Shown: piece after piece, positions 1-9,566 of the stretch | Numbering within the stretch: the stretch's first letter is position 1 | Layout: the number at the start of each line of letters is the position of its first letter | DNA from: Pseudomonadales bacterium | GTDB lineage: Bacteria; Pseudomonadota; Gammaproteobacteria; Pseudomonadales; UBA3067 | Assembly (NCBI GenBank): GCA_040235475.1 | Contig: JBECKY010000092.1 | Span: 919-64,918, forward strand | DNA: 64,000 nucleotides | Reading direction: 5' to 3' | The notes under the pieces: model-generated | What the model saw: only the letters and a program-made list of their open reading frames with translations | The model's database searches: none | Told to the model about the DNA's origin: nothing | Program-made: the position numbers and the translations under genes

Positions 1-434
1 CGAGCTACGGTGTGCCTGGCTGCCAGCTCGATCATTTCCGCAGACGACATTTTGCCCATCCAATGCGAGTTGAAAACAATCTCGGTTTTTTCTGGATCCA
101 GAATTTTAAAGACTTGCTCTTTATAGGAAGCCGCGTTCTCCAGCACCTGCTCCTTGGTTAAAGGTTTGCGAGTCACGTTTTTCCCGGTTGGGTCGCCGAT
201 CATGCCAGTGAAATCGCCAATCAGAAACAGAATATGGTGGCCCAAATCCTGAAATTGCCGTAATTTATTAATCAGCACAGTGTGCCCAAGATGCAAATCA
301 GGTGCTGTTGGATCAAATCCAGCCTTGATTCTTAAAGGCTTTCCTGATTCCAGCTTCTCTATAAGCTCTTGCTCTAAAAGAATTTCTTCTGCGCCACGCT
401 GAATAATCTGCAGGGCTTGCTGTGTAGTCGGCAT
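1..434 (-). CDS. tyrS: tyrosine--tRNA ligase, N-terminal part (runs off window edge)
   Basis: Manual translation from ATG at 434: [51 protein letters not shown]...[14 protein letters not shown]; HIGH-like HLGH motif. Not in ORF track. Confidence 0.97.
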   Translation of the reverse strand, partial: MPTTQQALQIIQRGAEEILLEQELIEKLESGKPLRIKAGFDPTAPDLHLGHTVLINKLRQFQDLGHHILFLIGDFTGMIGDPTGKNVTRKPLTKEQVLENAASYKEQVFKILDPEKTEIVFNSHWMGKMSSAEMIELAARHTVA

Positions 435-540
435 ACTTGTTATTCCATTTTATTTAGCATCGCACTGGCTGATCATGCTGCGCGCAACTTTTAGTCAGTT
501 GACACATAAGCAATGCGCAGGTGAACATTAAAAGGCCAAA

Positions 541-568
541 ATTATAGCATCGGTCACAGTAAAACCAA
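541..568 (-). promoter_or_regulatory. candidate sigma70 promoter for tyrS
   Basis: Minus strand TTGGTT-N16-TATAAT with TG-extended -10 (TGCTATAAT). Confidence 0.4.
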
Positions 569-722
569 TATCCAGTAGAGATTTATCACATAAATCCTTG
601 TTTTTTTGAAACATGTCTTACTCTAACCAAGGTCAATCCAATATAATCCCAGAACTCTACCCTTATGTTTCCGCAATATATCGACGGAACAAGCTCTACT
701 TAAAAAGTTACTGGAAAAAAGC

Positions 723-2069
723 ATGAGCCAACATCCCCAAGACAAACCACTAATCCTAGGATTGCCTCATCCGCATATAGCTCTGGTTTTGAGCTGCGTA
801 ATACTGACAACACTAGGCTTAATGCTGGTTCCAGGGGATCCCGCTTCAGCTAAAAAATCGCAAAACTTTCCCGTTGCAGAGTTTCCGCTGAAAGCAGAGG
901 ATGAACAGGCCTCACCTGTTCCACTCCAGCCACCTCCAACCGTTATTGACTGGAAGGGGATTACGGTAAAATCCGGTGATAATCTGACTTCTATTTTCAA
1001 CAAAGCCGGTCTCGATGCCAGGGTTGTTTACCAAGTCATGCAGGCTGACAAAAGCAGCAAACAGCTGGCAAGACTTAAGCCTGGGCAACTGTTTGAATTT
1101 AACATTAATACAGATAGCGATAACAGCGATAACAAAATCTTGCAACAATTTCGCTTTCATCAATCAAAAACACAGTACCTTGAAGTCTCTCGCCAGGATG
1201 AAGGCTTTTCATTTAAAGAGATAGAAAAGAGTGTTGAAACAGTGAAACGCTTTGCCGAAGGCAGCATTTCTGATTCCCTGTTTTTGGCCGCCCAGGAAGC
1301 CGGGCTCAGTGATAACCTCACCATGGAGCTGGCAAATATTTTTGGCTGGGACATCGACTTTGTTCTGGATATCAGAAAGGGTGATAAGTTCAGCCTGATT
1401 TATGAAGAACTTTATTTGGATGGCGAAAAATTAAAAGACGGCAATATTCTGGCTGCAACCTTCACTAACGACGGTCGGGAATTTAATGCGCTGCGCTACG
1501 AAGACGAAGCAGGTAATGTCGCTTACTATACACCTGAAGGGGACAGCATGCGCAAGGCTTTTATGCGCAGCCCGGTCAGCTTTGCTCGCATCAGCTCCAG
1601 GTTTAACTTAAGCCGCAAACACCCCATCTTACATAAAATCCGCGCTCACAAAGGCGTTGACTATGCGGCATCTACAGGCACTCCCATCAAAGCAACAGGT
1701 GATGGCAAAGTTATTTGGGCTGGCACCAAAGGTGGCTATGGCAGAACCGTCATTATTCAGCATGGCCAAAAGTACAATACCTTATACGCCCACATGAACA
1801 GCTACGGTAAAAAAATTCATAATGGCCAACGAGTCAAGCAGGGACAGGTCATCGGTTATGTTGGCAGCAGCGGCATGGCAACGGGTCCTCACCTGCATTA
1901 CGAATTTCGCGTTAATGGCGTACATAGAAACCCTTTAACGGTTAAGTTCCCCGATGCGGCACCGATAGATAAAAACAAAAAAGACCATTTTATGAATTCC
2001 ACTAATGAAATCAGGCAGCAATTGGCCTTTTACCAGCAAGAAAGTCGACTCGCTCTTAACGAACAATAA
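723..2069 (+). CDS. M23 family peptidoglycan DD-endopeptidase (MepM/OapA-like)
   Basis: N-terminal TM, LysM-like VKSGDNL segment, M23 motifs HKGVD and HLHYEF; typical position between tyrS and anmK. Confidence 0.92.
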   Translation: MSQHPQDKPLILGLPHPHIALVLSCVILTTLGLMLVPGDPASAKKSQNFPVAEFPLKAEDEQASPVPLQPPPTVIDWKGITVKSGDNLTSIFNKAGLDARVVYQVMQADKSSKQLARLKPGQLFEFNINTDSDNSDNKILQQFRFHQSKTQYLEVSRQDEGFSFKEIEKSVETVKRFAEGSISDSLFLAAQEAGLSDNLTMELANIFGWDIDFVLDIRKGDKFSLIYEELYLDGEKLKDGNILAATFTNDGREFNALRYEDEAGNVAYYTPEGDSMRKAFMRSPVSFARISSRFNLSRKHPILHKIRAHKGVDYAASTGTPIKATGDGKVIWAGTKGGYGRTVIIQHGQKYNTLYAHMNSYGKKIHNGQRVKQGQVIGYVGSSGMATGPHLHYEFRVNGVHRNPLTVKFPDAAPIDKNKKDHFMNSTNEIRQQLAFYQQESRLALNEQ

Positions 2070-2074
2070 ACACC

Positions 2075-3214
2075 ATGAGGACACGCCAGCTTTACGCAGG
2101 CCTTATGTCAGGCACCAGTGTTGATGGCATTGATGCAGTGCTGGCAGATTTTTCATCTGCCCAACCCTTACTTGTGGCCAGTTATAGCCACGTCATTCCA
2201 GAAAGCATTAAAAGCCGGATTGCTGAGCTTTGCAGCCCTGCCTCCCCATCATCCAACACAAATCAAATCGACGCCCTGGGCGAGCTGCATGTGCAACTGG
2301 GCCGGCTCTTTGCCGATGCCGTACTGGCTTTGTCAGCACAAGCAAACGTTGATGCAAAGGATATTTTGGCCATTGGCAGCCACGGCCAAACCATTCGCCA
2401 TCGCCCTCAAGGCTCTAATAATCCTTTTCCTTTTAGTCTGCAAATTGGTGATCCAAACACCATTGCGCACCGCACGGGCATCACCACCGTTGCCGATTTT
2501 CGCTTACGCGATATGGCTGCCGGTGGACAAGGTGCGCCATTGGTTCCGGCTTTTCATCAAGCGGTGTTTTATTCTGAAGTCATGAATCGGATTATTTTAA
2601 ATATCGGTGGCATTGCCAATATTACTTTATTAGAAAAAAACCGTTCGGCAAAAGTTTTGGGCTTTGATACCGGCCCCGGCAATACCTTAATGGATCAATG
2701 GATAAAACGGGTTAAAGGCGAGACCTATGACAAAAGCGGCGCATGGGCAGCCAGCGGATCCATCCATCAAGCCTTACTGAAAAAATTACAAGCGCACCAT
2801 TATTTTTTTCAGCCAGCACCGAAAAGCACCGGCCGGGAAGTTTTTAATTTGCCCTGGCTGGAATCAATTTTATCAGAGTTAAATGCCATTAATGCTGTCG
2901 ACGTACAGCGAACCCTGCTGGAATTCACTGCCAATACCATCACCCAGGCCATTAAAACTCAAGCCATAAAAACAGGCGAAGTACTGGTTTGCGGAGGCGG
3001 TTGTCATAACAATTTACTCATGGCTGTCTTAGCGGAACAATTACCAGCTTTTGAGGTAAGCACAACCACAAAAGCCGGATGCGCACCCGACTGGGTTGAA
3101 GCCATGGCTTTCGCCTGGCTGGCGAAACAAACCCTGCATCAACTACCAGGCAATTTGCCGGATGTTACCGGCGCCAACACACCTGTTGTTCTCGGTGGGG
3201 TCTACTTCAAATAA
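2075..3214 (+). CDS. anmK: anhydro-N-acetylmuramic acid kinase
   Basis: GLMSGTSVDGID, GSHGQT, GGQGAPL, GFDTGPGN, EAMAFAWLA motifs. Confidence 0.96.
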   Translation: MRTRQLYAGLMSGTSVDGIDAVLADFSSAQPLLVASYSHVIPESIKSRIAELCSPASPSSNTNQIDALGELHVQLGRLFADAVLALSAQANVDAKDILAIGSHGQTIRHRPQGSNNPFPFSLQIGDPNTIAHRTGITTVADFRLRDMAAGGQGAPLVPAFHQAVFYSEVMNRIILNIGGIANITLLEKNRSAKVLGFDTGPGNTLMDQWIKRVKGETYDKSGAWAASGSIHQALLKKLQAHHYFFQPAPKSTGREVFNLPWLESILSELNAINAVDVQRTLLEFTANTITQAIKTQAIKTGEVLVCGGGCHNNLLMAVLAEQLPAFEVSTTTKAGCAPDWVEAMAFAWLAKQTLHQLPGNLPDVTGANTPVVLGGVYFK

Positions 3215-3374
3215 GTACCTGCACTGCCTTAAGAAACTGACCAAACATCATGAAATCGATACTTCTCCTGTCAATAGCATCACAGCATTCTTTTGATTAA
3301 TTACTTACAATGGTTACATTCCCTATTACTTAAAGGGGATGATTTTTATAGCCGATAAATACAGGAAACCCAAC

Positions 3375-3890
3375 ATGAAAAAATTAAATACTGCCCTTCT
3401 GGCCGGTTCACTTTGTTTAGTTGGAGCCAGTGCTTCTCAAGCTAATGTCCTAGTTGACTATGCTGGTGGCGGGATTGCTATCCAGGATGTAGATGGCTTT
3501 GATGATGGCCTGGCATTAGTGCTCAACGCTGGCAAAAATATGCCTAGTGTCCACGAGAACTTTTTTATTGAGAGTGAATTTACTTACACAATATCGAGCC
3601 CAGAAATTACATTTTTTGGCGGTTCTATTGAAGCAAGCATATTAACTTTAGCTGGCTATGCTGCCTATATCTTACCCTTAAATGAACAGTTTAATTTAAA
3701 AGGTAGGGCTGGCATTTTATACGAAGATGTTGATGTAGATTCCTTTGGCAGTGACACAGACATTGGTCTAAGTTTAGGCTTTGGCGGCGAATACATCCTA
3801 AATGATGGTATGAAAATCACCTTTGACTACACCATCATCGAATCTGATGTTTCCCATCTTGGCCTGGGTATTAAAATCGGGTTGAAATAG
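3375..3890 (+). CDS. small outer-membrane beta-barrel protein (OmpA-like membrane domain)
   Basis: Start placed at ATG 3375 (AGGA upstream); signal peptide MKKLNTALLAGSLCLVGASASQA; alternating beta-strand pattern (GLSLGFGGEY). Confidence 0.7.
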   Translation: MKKLNTALLAGSLCLVGASASQANVLVDYAGGGIAIQDVDGFDDGLALVLNAGKNMPSVHENFFIESEFTYTISSPEITFFGGSIEASILTLAGYAAYILPLNEQFNLKGRAGILYEDVDVDSFGSDTDIGLSLGFGGEYILNDGMKITFDYTIIESDVSHLGLGIKIGLK

Positions 3891-3933
3891 GGAAAATATA
3901 TTGGCTTAATGCATTTTAAAAAAAGACTTTATA

Positions 3934-3971
3934 AAAATAGAAACCCCGCATTCGTGCGGGGCTTCTATTTT
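3934..3971. terminator. bidirectional intrinsic terminator
   Basis: AAAATAGAA-A-CCCCGCA-TTCG-TGCGGGG-C-TTCTATTTT inverted repeat between convergent genes. Confidence 0.85.
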
Positions 3972-4083
3972 CAGTATGGCCAGGAATCCCTTCTACCAAT
4001 ATAAAACTAGCCACCCTTCTCTTTCGTCAGATTAACCAAGATAGGCAGTAATATTTTCGCATGACTTTCTTCTTAAAGAATGG

Positions 4084-5517
4084 TTAAAATGTACTTAAAC
4101 CTGTGGCTTCCATCATCCAGTATTGCCACCGCCTGAACAAGCTGTCGTCTTGGTAAACACTGTAGGGCACACTGGCTTTATGTGTTTCAGAGGAATGCCA
4201 GCGTTGATTAAAGTAGTCGCTTATTTCCACAATACCTGGATGTTTAGCTGCACCTTGTATTTCCACGTTGATTTCCAGATTAAAGTTATTTAAGTTTCTT
4301 CGGGTGAAGTTAGCTGAACCCAGAATAATGGTTGAGGGGTTTTTGTTGCGATGTACCATGGTTAATTTACTGTGGCACTGTTCTCCCTGGGTATTACACC
4401 ATTTGACTTGTATACCTTGCCGATTAAGTTCATAGCCTGCTTGGCGATTGGGGATGCCATTTTTTTCACGGCCAAAAGCATCCTTATTGGGATCCAACAG
4501 CACTCTGATTGTTACGCCTCTTTTTTTCGCCGCTATTAGGGTTTCAATTATATTGCGCTCACTAAGATAAAACATCGCCATATCAATACTGTCTCCCTGT
4601 TGAGTTTCATGGATAGCCGCAACAACACTTTTCTTGATGGCTCTCTCCGTGATGACTCTGAGCTTTATTTCGCCAGCCCCATCAGACTGAAGGTTTACAG
4701 GTTGAAATTGTATTGTGGGTCCCGCCGATAAATGCAGCACGGTTTTTTCGGTTTCAATCAAGTCCATTACAGCTTTACCCGAAAATTTCACGCCTACGTT
4801 GCCATGAGCACTGCTACCATCGTGGGGGTTGGCAGAACTGACAATAGCCGTTAGATCTTCATCATTGGCACCGATGAGGACCTTGCGGTGGTTGGCTTTA
4901 AAATTCAGCAAACTTAGATAACTGCTTAGGGGAACCTGGCCTATTCCAAATGGGTTGGGCAGCATTAACACGGATTTTTTTCTATCTGAAGAAAAGAAAA
5001 TTCTCCAAAGAGAGGAATAGAGCGGGTTACTATCGCGAAGCTTATTAAGATCAGTGATAACGACCGGGATATTTTGCTGTTGCAAGCGCTCCAAATGTGG
5101 CGCGGAGATACCGCCGTATACGGTGTTAATGGGGTCGGTTATGACTATAATTTCACATTGTGGGAATTTTTGTTTTTGCGTTATTAACGCCTGAGTTAAT
5201 TCTTCGGACAATGGACGAAAGACGTCTTGCTGCTTACCTTTAAACGCATTAAATAAAAACATATCAACGAGGATAAAACGGTTTGACTGGGCGATAACCT
5301 GAAATATTTCATCAAAGATTGCATTTTCAACGACCCTGTTATTATGCTCATCGACATAGGTTTTGTCGTATAAGAACTTTATGTCATCAACGTTACGGAA
5401 TATACCCTCATAAGCAGTACCTTCAGGCAATGTTTTGGGCCCGGAATTAAAGCAGGCGGTATATAAAGGAAATATCAGTAATAAGAGAAATTTTAGCTGA
5501 GTGATTTTTATTGACAT
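4084..5517 (-). CDS. phospholipase D superfamily protein (two PLD domains)
   Basis: Two HxK motifs (NHRKVLIG...SSAN; CHSKLTMV...GSANFT); N-terminal hydrophobic anchor. Confidence 0.85.
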   Translation of the reverse strand: MSIKITQLKFLLLLIFPLYTACFNSGPKTLPEGTAYEGIFRNVDDIKFLYDKTYVDEHNNRVVENAIFDEIFQVIAQSNRFILVDMFLFNAFKGKQQDVFRPLSEELTQALITQKQKFPQCEIIVITDPINTVYGGISAPHLERLQQQNIPVVITDLNKLRDSNPLYSSLWRIFFSSDRKKSVLMLPNPFGIGQVPLSSYLSLLNFKANHRKVLIGANDEDLTAIVSSANPHDGSSAHGNVGVKFSGKAVMDLIETEKTVLHLSAGPTIQFQPVNLQSDGAGEIKLRVITERAIKKSVVAAIHETQQGDSIDMAMFYLSERNIIETLIAAKKRGVTIRVLLDPNKDAFGREKNGIPNRQAGYELNRQGIQVKWCNTQGEQCHSKLTMVHRNKNPSTIILGSANFTRRNLNNFNLEINVEIQGAAKHPGIVEISDYFNQRWHSSETHKASVPYSVYQDDSLFRRWQYWMMEATGLSTF

Positions 5518-5589
5518 ACATCTGTATCATGCTATATGAAATAAAATGCTGAACCTTCTGTAAAATCAGACTCTCGACAGACTAAGTTT

Positions 5590-5790
5590 ATGAGCCTTGC
5601 TGAGTTACATACCTACACTGTGAACTGCCCTTACTGTGGAGAAGCGTTTACCACCAGTATTGAGCCATTAACAGAGCGGCAAACTTATTATGAGGATTGC
5701 CAGGTATGCTGCCATCCGATATTTTTTTCTGTTAGCTGCGATTCAGACAATGGCGGTATTCAAGTCACTATAAGCCGGGACGATGAATAG
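5590..5790 (+). CDS. CPXCG motif cysteine-rich protein
   Basis: CPYCGE and YYEDCQVCCHPI motifs. Confidence 0.88.
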   Translation: MSLAELHTYTVNCPYCGEAFTTSIEPLTERQTYYEDCQVCCHPIFFSVSCDSDNGGIQVTISRDDE

Positions 5791-5802
5791 AATAGCTGAC
5801 CT

Positions 5803-6297
5803 CTAAAAATAGACATAGCCCTCGCGCTTCAGCTTGAACTCTTCCCAGGGGCCGAAGCTCACTGTATCAACAAAGGCCGGGACATCACCTGCTTCCATGT
5901 TATTGACACGCATCCACATTTCACAGACCTTAATATCGACCACATTATACGCCTCCAGACGCGCGGCCAGATCGACTATTTGTTTGTATTTCTGGTAATT
6001 TTTTTTGCGAAACACTTCTGCTTCTTCGCCATGAAGGACAAAAACAATTGGACTGGATTGAGGAAACTTATTGTAGGCGTCGATGTACTTTTCTGCCCGC
6101 AGTAACACGCTTTCTATTTCTTCCGGAGTGTGGAGCTCTATATTTGCCAGCATGTCAGGCACGGGTTCTTCAGTGGCAATCAGCTGCACCAGCGCTGAAT
6201 CCAACCCACCTCTTGAATCAGCGGCCCATGAAATTACCGATAACAGCATGACAACAGGCAAAATCAGGAGCCGCAGGGAGCTTACAAAGACTTTCAT
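5803..6297 (-). CDS. exported DsrE/DsrF-like protein
   Basis: Start probably ATG 6297 (AGGA upstream); signal-peptide-like N-terminus; VFVLHGEE and IKVCEMWM resemble the DsrE fold. Confidence 0.6.
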   Translation of the reverse strand: MKVFVSSLRLLILPVVMLLSVISWAADSRGGLDSALVQLIATEEPVPDMLANIELHTPEEIESVLLRAEKYIDAYNKFPQSSPIVFVLHGEEAEVFRKKNYQKYKQIVDLAARLEAYNVVDIKVCEMWMRVNNMEAGDVPAFVDTVSFGPWEEFKLKREGYVYF

Positions 6298-6488
6298 AAA
6301 CACGCTTCCTGTGCCACGCGGCAAAGAGCAAGTAAAGCAATCCCTGATGTTTCAGGTTTGCTTAGTTCTTCACTCGACGTTCTTGATCAAGGTTATTGAG
6401 GTTTGGGTATAATAATATACGAAACAAAGGCCAGTTTAGATCTTATGATGGCCACGATCAACTCAAGGCAGGGGACTTTACATAAACC

Positions 6489-6854
6489 TCAAATTGAAAA
6501 GGAAGAGCCGCAACCACACTGGCTGGTGGCATTGGGGTTGTCTACTGTAAACCGTGATCCTTGCAAACCTTCAGTGTAGTCAACAGTAGATCCCATAAGA
6601 TATTGCACACTCAGGGCGTCAACAAGGAGCTTAACCCCGGATTTTTCAACAACGGTGTCACCTTCCTTAATGGCTTCATCGAAGGTGAAGCCATAGGAAA
6701 AGCCGGAACAACCGCCACCTGTGATGTATACCCGCAGATTAAGCTCAGCATTGCCTTCTTCTGCAAGCAACTTCTGAACTTTTGCAACGGCACTGTCCGT
6801 AAAGACCAGAGGGGGGCCCGGTTGAAATTTTTCGTCAATACCCGTAGTTTGCAT
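6489..6854 (-). CDS. erpA: iron-sulfur cluster insertion protein ErpA
   Basis: [17 protein letters not shown] and [14 protein letters not shown] motifs. Confidence 0.95.
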   Translation of the reverse strand: MQTTGIDEKFQPGPPLVFTDSAVAKVQKLLAEEGNAELNLRVYITGGGCSGFSYGFTFDEAIKEGDTVVEKSGVKLLVDALSVQYLMGSTVDYTEGLQGSRFTVDNPNATSQCGCGSSFSI

Positions 6855-6960
6855 GGCTATAATTACCTGATTTTACTACCTGATTCCACCCCTTCGCTAA
6901 ACTCAGACAGCACATAAGGGGTAGCAGAACATTTCTGCGCTTTGAAATACATTAGTTTCA

Positions 6961-6993
6961 ATTATGTTAAAACCAAGTAAAACAATCAAGTAT
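6961..6993 (-). promoter_or_regulatory. erpA sigma70 promoter overlapped by a type-1 IscR-like site
   Basis: Minus strand TTGATT-N17-CATAAT; 25-bp ATACTTGATTGTTTTACTTGGTTTT (6993-6969) resembles ATASYYGACTRWWWYAGTCRRSTAT; erpA is a known IscR target. Confidence 0.65.
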
Positions 6994-7038
6994 TTTAGCA
7001 GGGTCATTATTGCCCTGAAATGCCTTTATTTATAACAA

Positions 7039-7500
7039 TCAAGCACTTTTGTGGGTATTTAGATCAACAGGAAACTCGGCAATATCTTCGTTAAAGCCCC
7101 TAATGTCATCGTTCTGAGCCCTTTCGCCCACCTGATCAACATTATGCACCATGCTACCATTCACCGTGGCACCCATGACCATTTCAATCAAGTTGTAGTA
7201 CACATCACCAGCAATGGTGGCTTTTTCAGCCAGCTCAAGGTGTTTGCCGGAGTAGACGTTACCCTCAACACGGCCATTGATCACAACCTGAGGAACCCTG
7301 ATGTCACCTTGCACAAAACCTTGATCGGTAATCTGGATAAAGGCATTGGAGTTATCACTGGCGATAACATTACCATAGACTTTACCGTCAATTTGCACAC
7401 CGCCGCTAAAATGAACATCGCCACGAATTTCAACTTTTGATGAAATCAAAGTATCAATATTACCCGTTGCCGCAGACACAGCTTTATTTTTTCCAAACAT
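7039..7500 (-). CDS. bactofilin (polymer-forming cytoskeletal protein)
   Basis: TLISSKVEIRGDVHFSGGVQIDGKVYGNV...INGRVEGNV beta-helix repeats. Confidence 0.92.
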   Translation of the reverse strand: MFGKNKAVSAATGNIDTLISSKVEIRGDVHFSGGVQIDGKVYGNVIASDNSNAFIQITDQGFVQGDIRVPQVVINGRVEGNVYSGKHLELAEKATIAGDVYYNLIEMVMGATVNGSMVHNVDQVGERAQNDDIRGFNEDIAEFPVDLNTHKSA

Positions 7501-7503
7501 ATT

Positions 7504-8241
7504 TCAACCCTCTTCAATTGACCAATTAAAACTTTCTTCAAGGCGCACAGCACCTTTACCCTTTGATTCTGCAATCATTTCCACCCGTTCCGGGATAAAT
7601 CCTTCTGGTAATGAAATTACGCCTTCAAAATCCTGAAAATACCTGAATCGAAATTTGATAGTGCTATTTTCCTGATCACTTATTAATTGCTGGTAGCTCA
7701 GACTCTTAATCATGCCATCTTGAACACCAATCACATTAAAATACACCTTGCCTTCAATATCACGGCTGTTTTCCGCCACTTGTGTTAGTACAAATTTATA
7801 TCGATAGCGCCGATCGTCATTCGTGCTGTTCAAGCTAAGCTTTGCTATTCGCAAGCCTCTTACATTTTTGCTTGGGTTCATCACGCCACGGTAAAAAGCT
7901 ACCGCTTCTTCCAGTTCGTTTATTTTTTCCTGCAAGCGCTTGTTTTCAACGCGAACTTGTTCATTAGCCTGGCGATTAATGGCGCTGTCTTGCTCGTAGA
8001 CCAGCACTTTGGTGTTAAGCTCGGCATATTTCTTCTCAGCGTCTTCCAAGCGTATCAGCAAGGCAGCGTGCTCACGATCTTTTTCAAAAATACCTCGCAC
8101 AGCCATTTCCTGCCCTAAGCGATAGGTGACGCCAATAAGCAGCAAAAATACACTGGCTATTAAGCCAATAAGCAGCCAGTTTCGCGCAGAGCGATCTTGT
8201 TTGATAACAAACCGGGCCTTGGGACTACCTTTAACGGTCAT
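7504..8241 (-). CDS. membrane-anchored coiled-coil protein (DUF6776-like)
   Basis: TM, coiled coil, LEEAVAFYRGVM, FRFRYFQDFEG; usual partner of bactofilin after argC. Confidence 0.75.
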   Translation of the reverse strand: MTVKGSPKARFVIKQDRSARNWLLIGLIASVFLLLIGVTYRLGQEMAVRGIFEKDREHAALLIRLEDAEKKYAELNTKVLVYEQDSAINRQANEQVRVENKRLQEKINELEEAVAFYRGVMNPSKNVRGLRIAKLSLNSTNDDRRYRYKFVLTQVAENSRDIEGKVYFNVIGVQDGMIKSLSYQQLISDQENSTIKFRFRYFQDFEGVISLPEGFIPERVEMIAESKGKGAVRLEESFNWSIEEG

Positions 8242-8316
8242 AAGAATTTATCTTGGTGTTCCTAATCCAAACAATCCCAAAAATCATTTATCATTATTAG
8301 GTTTGGTTTTTATTAA

Positions 8317-9360
8317 TCAGGGCAACAAAGCCACTTGATTCAAGCCCGCCTGCTCATCAAAATCAAACATCAGGTTCATGTTCTGCACGGCTTGACCGGC
8401 AGCACCTTTAACCAGGTTATCTATCACCGACAGCACCACAATGGTTTGCCCGTTATCGGGCTTATAAACAGCCAGCCGGCAAGTATTGGCGCCTTTTACG
8501 CTACGTGTTTCCGGTTCACTGCCCAAGGGCATAACATCCACAAAGGGTTCATCCCGGTAGCGTTTACGGTATAAATCGTAAATATCCTGCTCATTATGCT
8601 TGATCTCAGGCGCAGCGACTGCGTACAAAGTCGCATGTATGCCACGTATCATCGGTGTCAGGTGGGGTACGAATGTGAGCTTGATCGAACTTTTACTAAC
8701 TTGTTCGAGCCCTTGGGTGATTTCAGGTAAATGCCTGTGACCTGACACGCCATAGGCTTTCATACTTTCGCTGGCTTCACACAGCAAAGCGCTGACTTTG
8801 GCTTGTCGACCGGCACCGCTAACCCCTGACTTTGCATCAGCAATCAAAGCTTGTGGATTTACCAGGCCTTGTTCCAGCAAAGGGATCAGCCCAAGTTGCA
8901 CGGCAGTGGGGTAGCAACCAGGGCACGCCACAAGCTGCGCTGAGCGAATCCGCTCACGATTAACTTCAGGCAAGCCATAGACAGCTTCGGCAACACGCTC
9001 AGGACACGCGTGCTCCATGCCATACCACCGACTCCAGACGCTCAAATCCTGCAAGCGAAAATCTGCGGCCAGATCAATCACCTTAACACCGGCATCAAGC
9101 AACTGGCTGGCACTTTGCATGGCCACACCATTCGGCGTGGCAAAAAATACCACATCGCATTTAGCAAGCGGCTTTATATCAGGTTCACTGAATGGCAAAT
9201 CCAGGTGACCACGCAGATTTGGATATAAATCAGAAACCATACGGCCGGATTCTGAACGAGAGGTCACGCACTGCAAAGTTACATCGGGATGCCCGACCAA
9301 TAAGCGCAACAATTCCACACCGGTATACCCTGTTCCACCCACAACACCTACTTTTATCAA
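8317..9360 (-). CDS. argC: N-acetyl-gamma-glutamyl-phosphate reductase
   Basis: [31 protein letters not shown] motifs; TTG start with GAGG upstream. Confidence 0.97.
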   Translation of the reverse strand: MIKVGVVGGTGYTGVELLRLLVGHPDVTLQCVTSRSESGRMVSDLYPNLRGHLDLPFSEPDIKPLAKCDVVFFATPNGVAMQSASQLLDAGVKVIDLAADFRLQDLSVWSRWYGMEHACPERVAEAVYGLPEVNRERIRSAQLVACPGCYPTAVQLGLIPLLEQGLVNPQALIADAKSGVSGAGRQAKVSALLCEASESMKAYGVSGHRHLPEITQGLEQVSKSSIKLTFVPHLTPMIRGIHATLYAVAAPEIKHNEQDIYDLYRKRYRDEPFVDVMPLGSEPETRSVKGANTCRLAVYKPDNGQTIVVLSVIDNLVKGAAGQAVQNMNLMFDFDEQAGLNQVALLP

Positions 9361-9566
9361 AACGCACCTCTTATGTTGACGAATTTATTTATTGCTAACA
9401 AACTTTAACTCCCCCAATAGTCTGTAGGAAAATTATACCTATTAATTTTGTACCAAAACCAATTAATTTGACTTTGGTATAATCTTTGCTTCATTGTGCA
9501 CATTATTTTATTAATATTTCCAGGCTGCTCAATCATCCAAGCCGTGCAAACAAGGAATTCACCAGA

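Noticed and set aside
6864-6885. TACCTGATT direct repeat in the erpA leader
   Set aside because: Two 9-mers including the SD; most simply a small local duplication.
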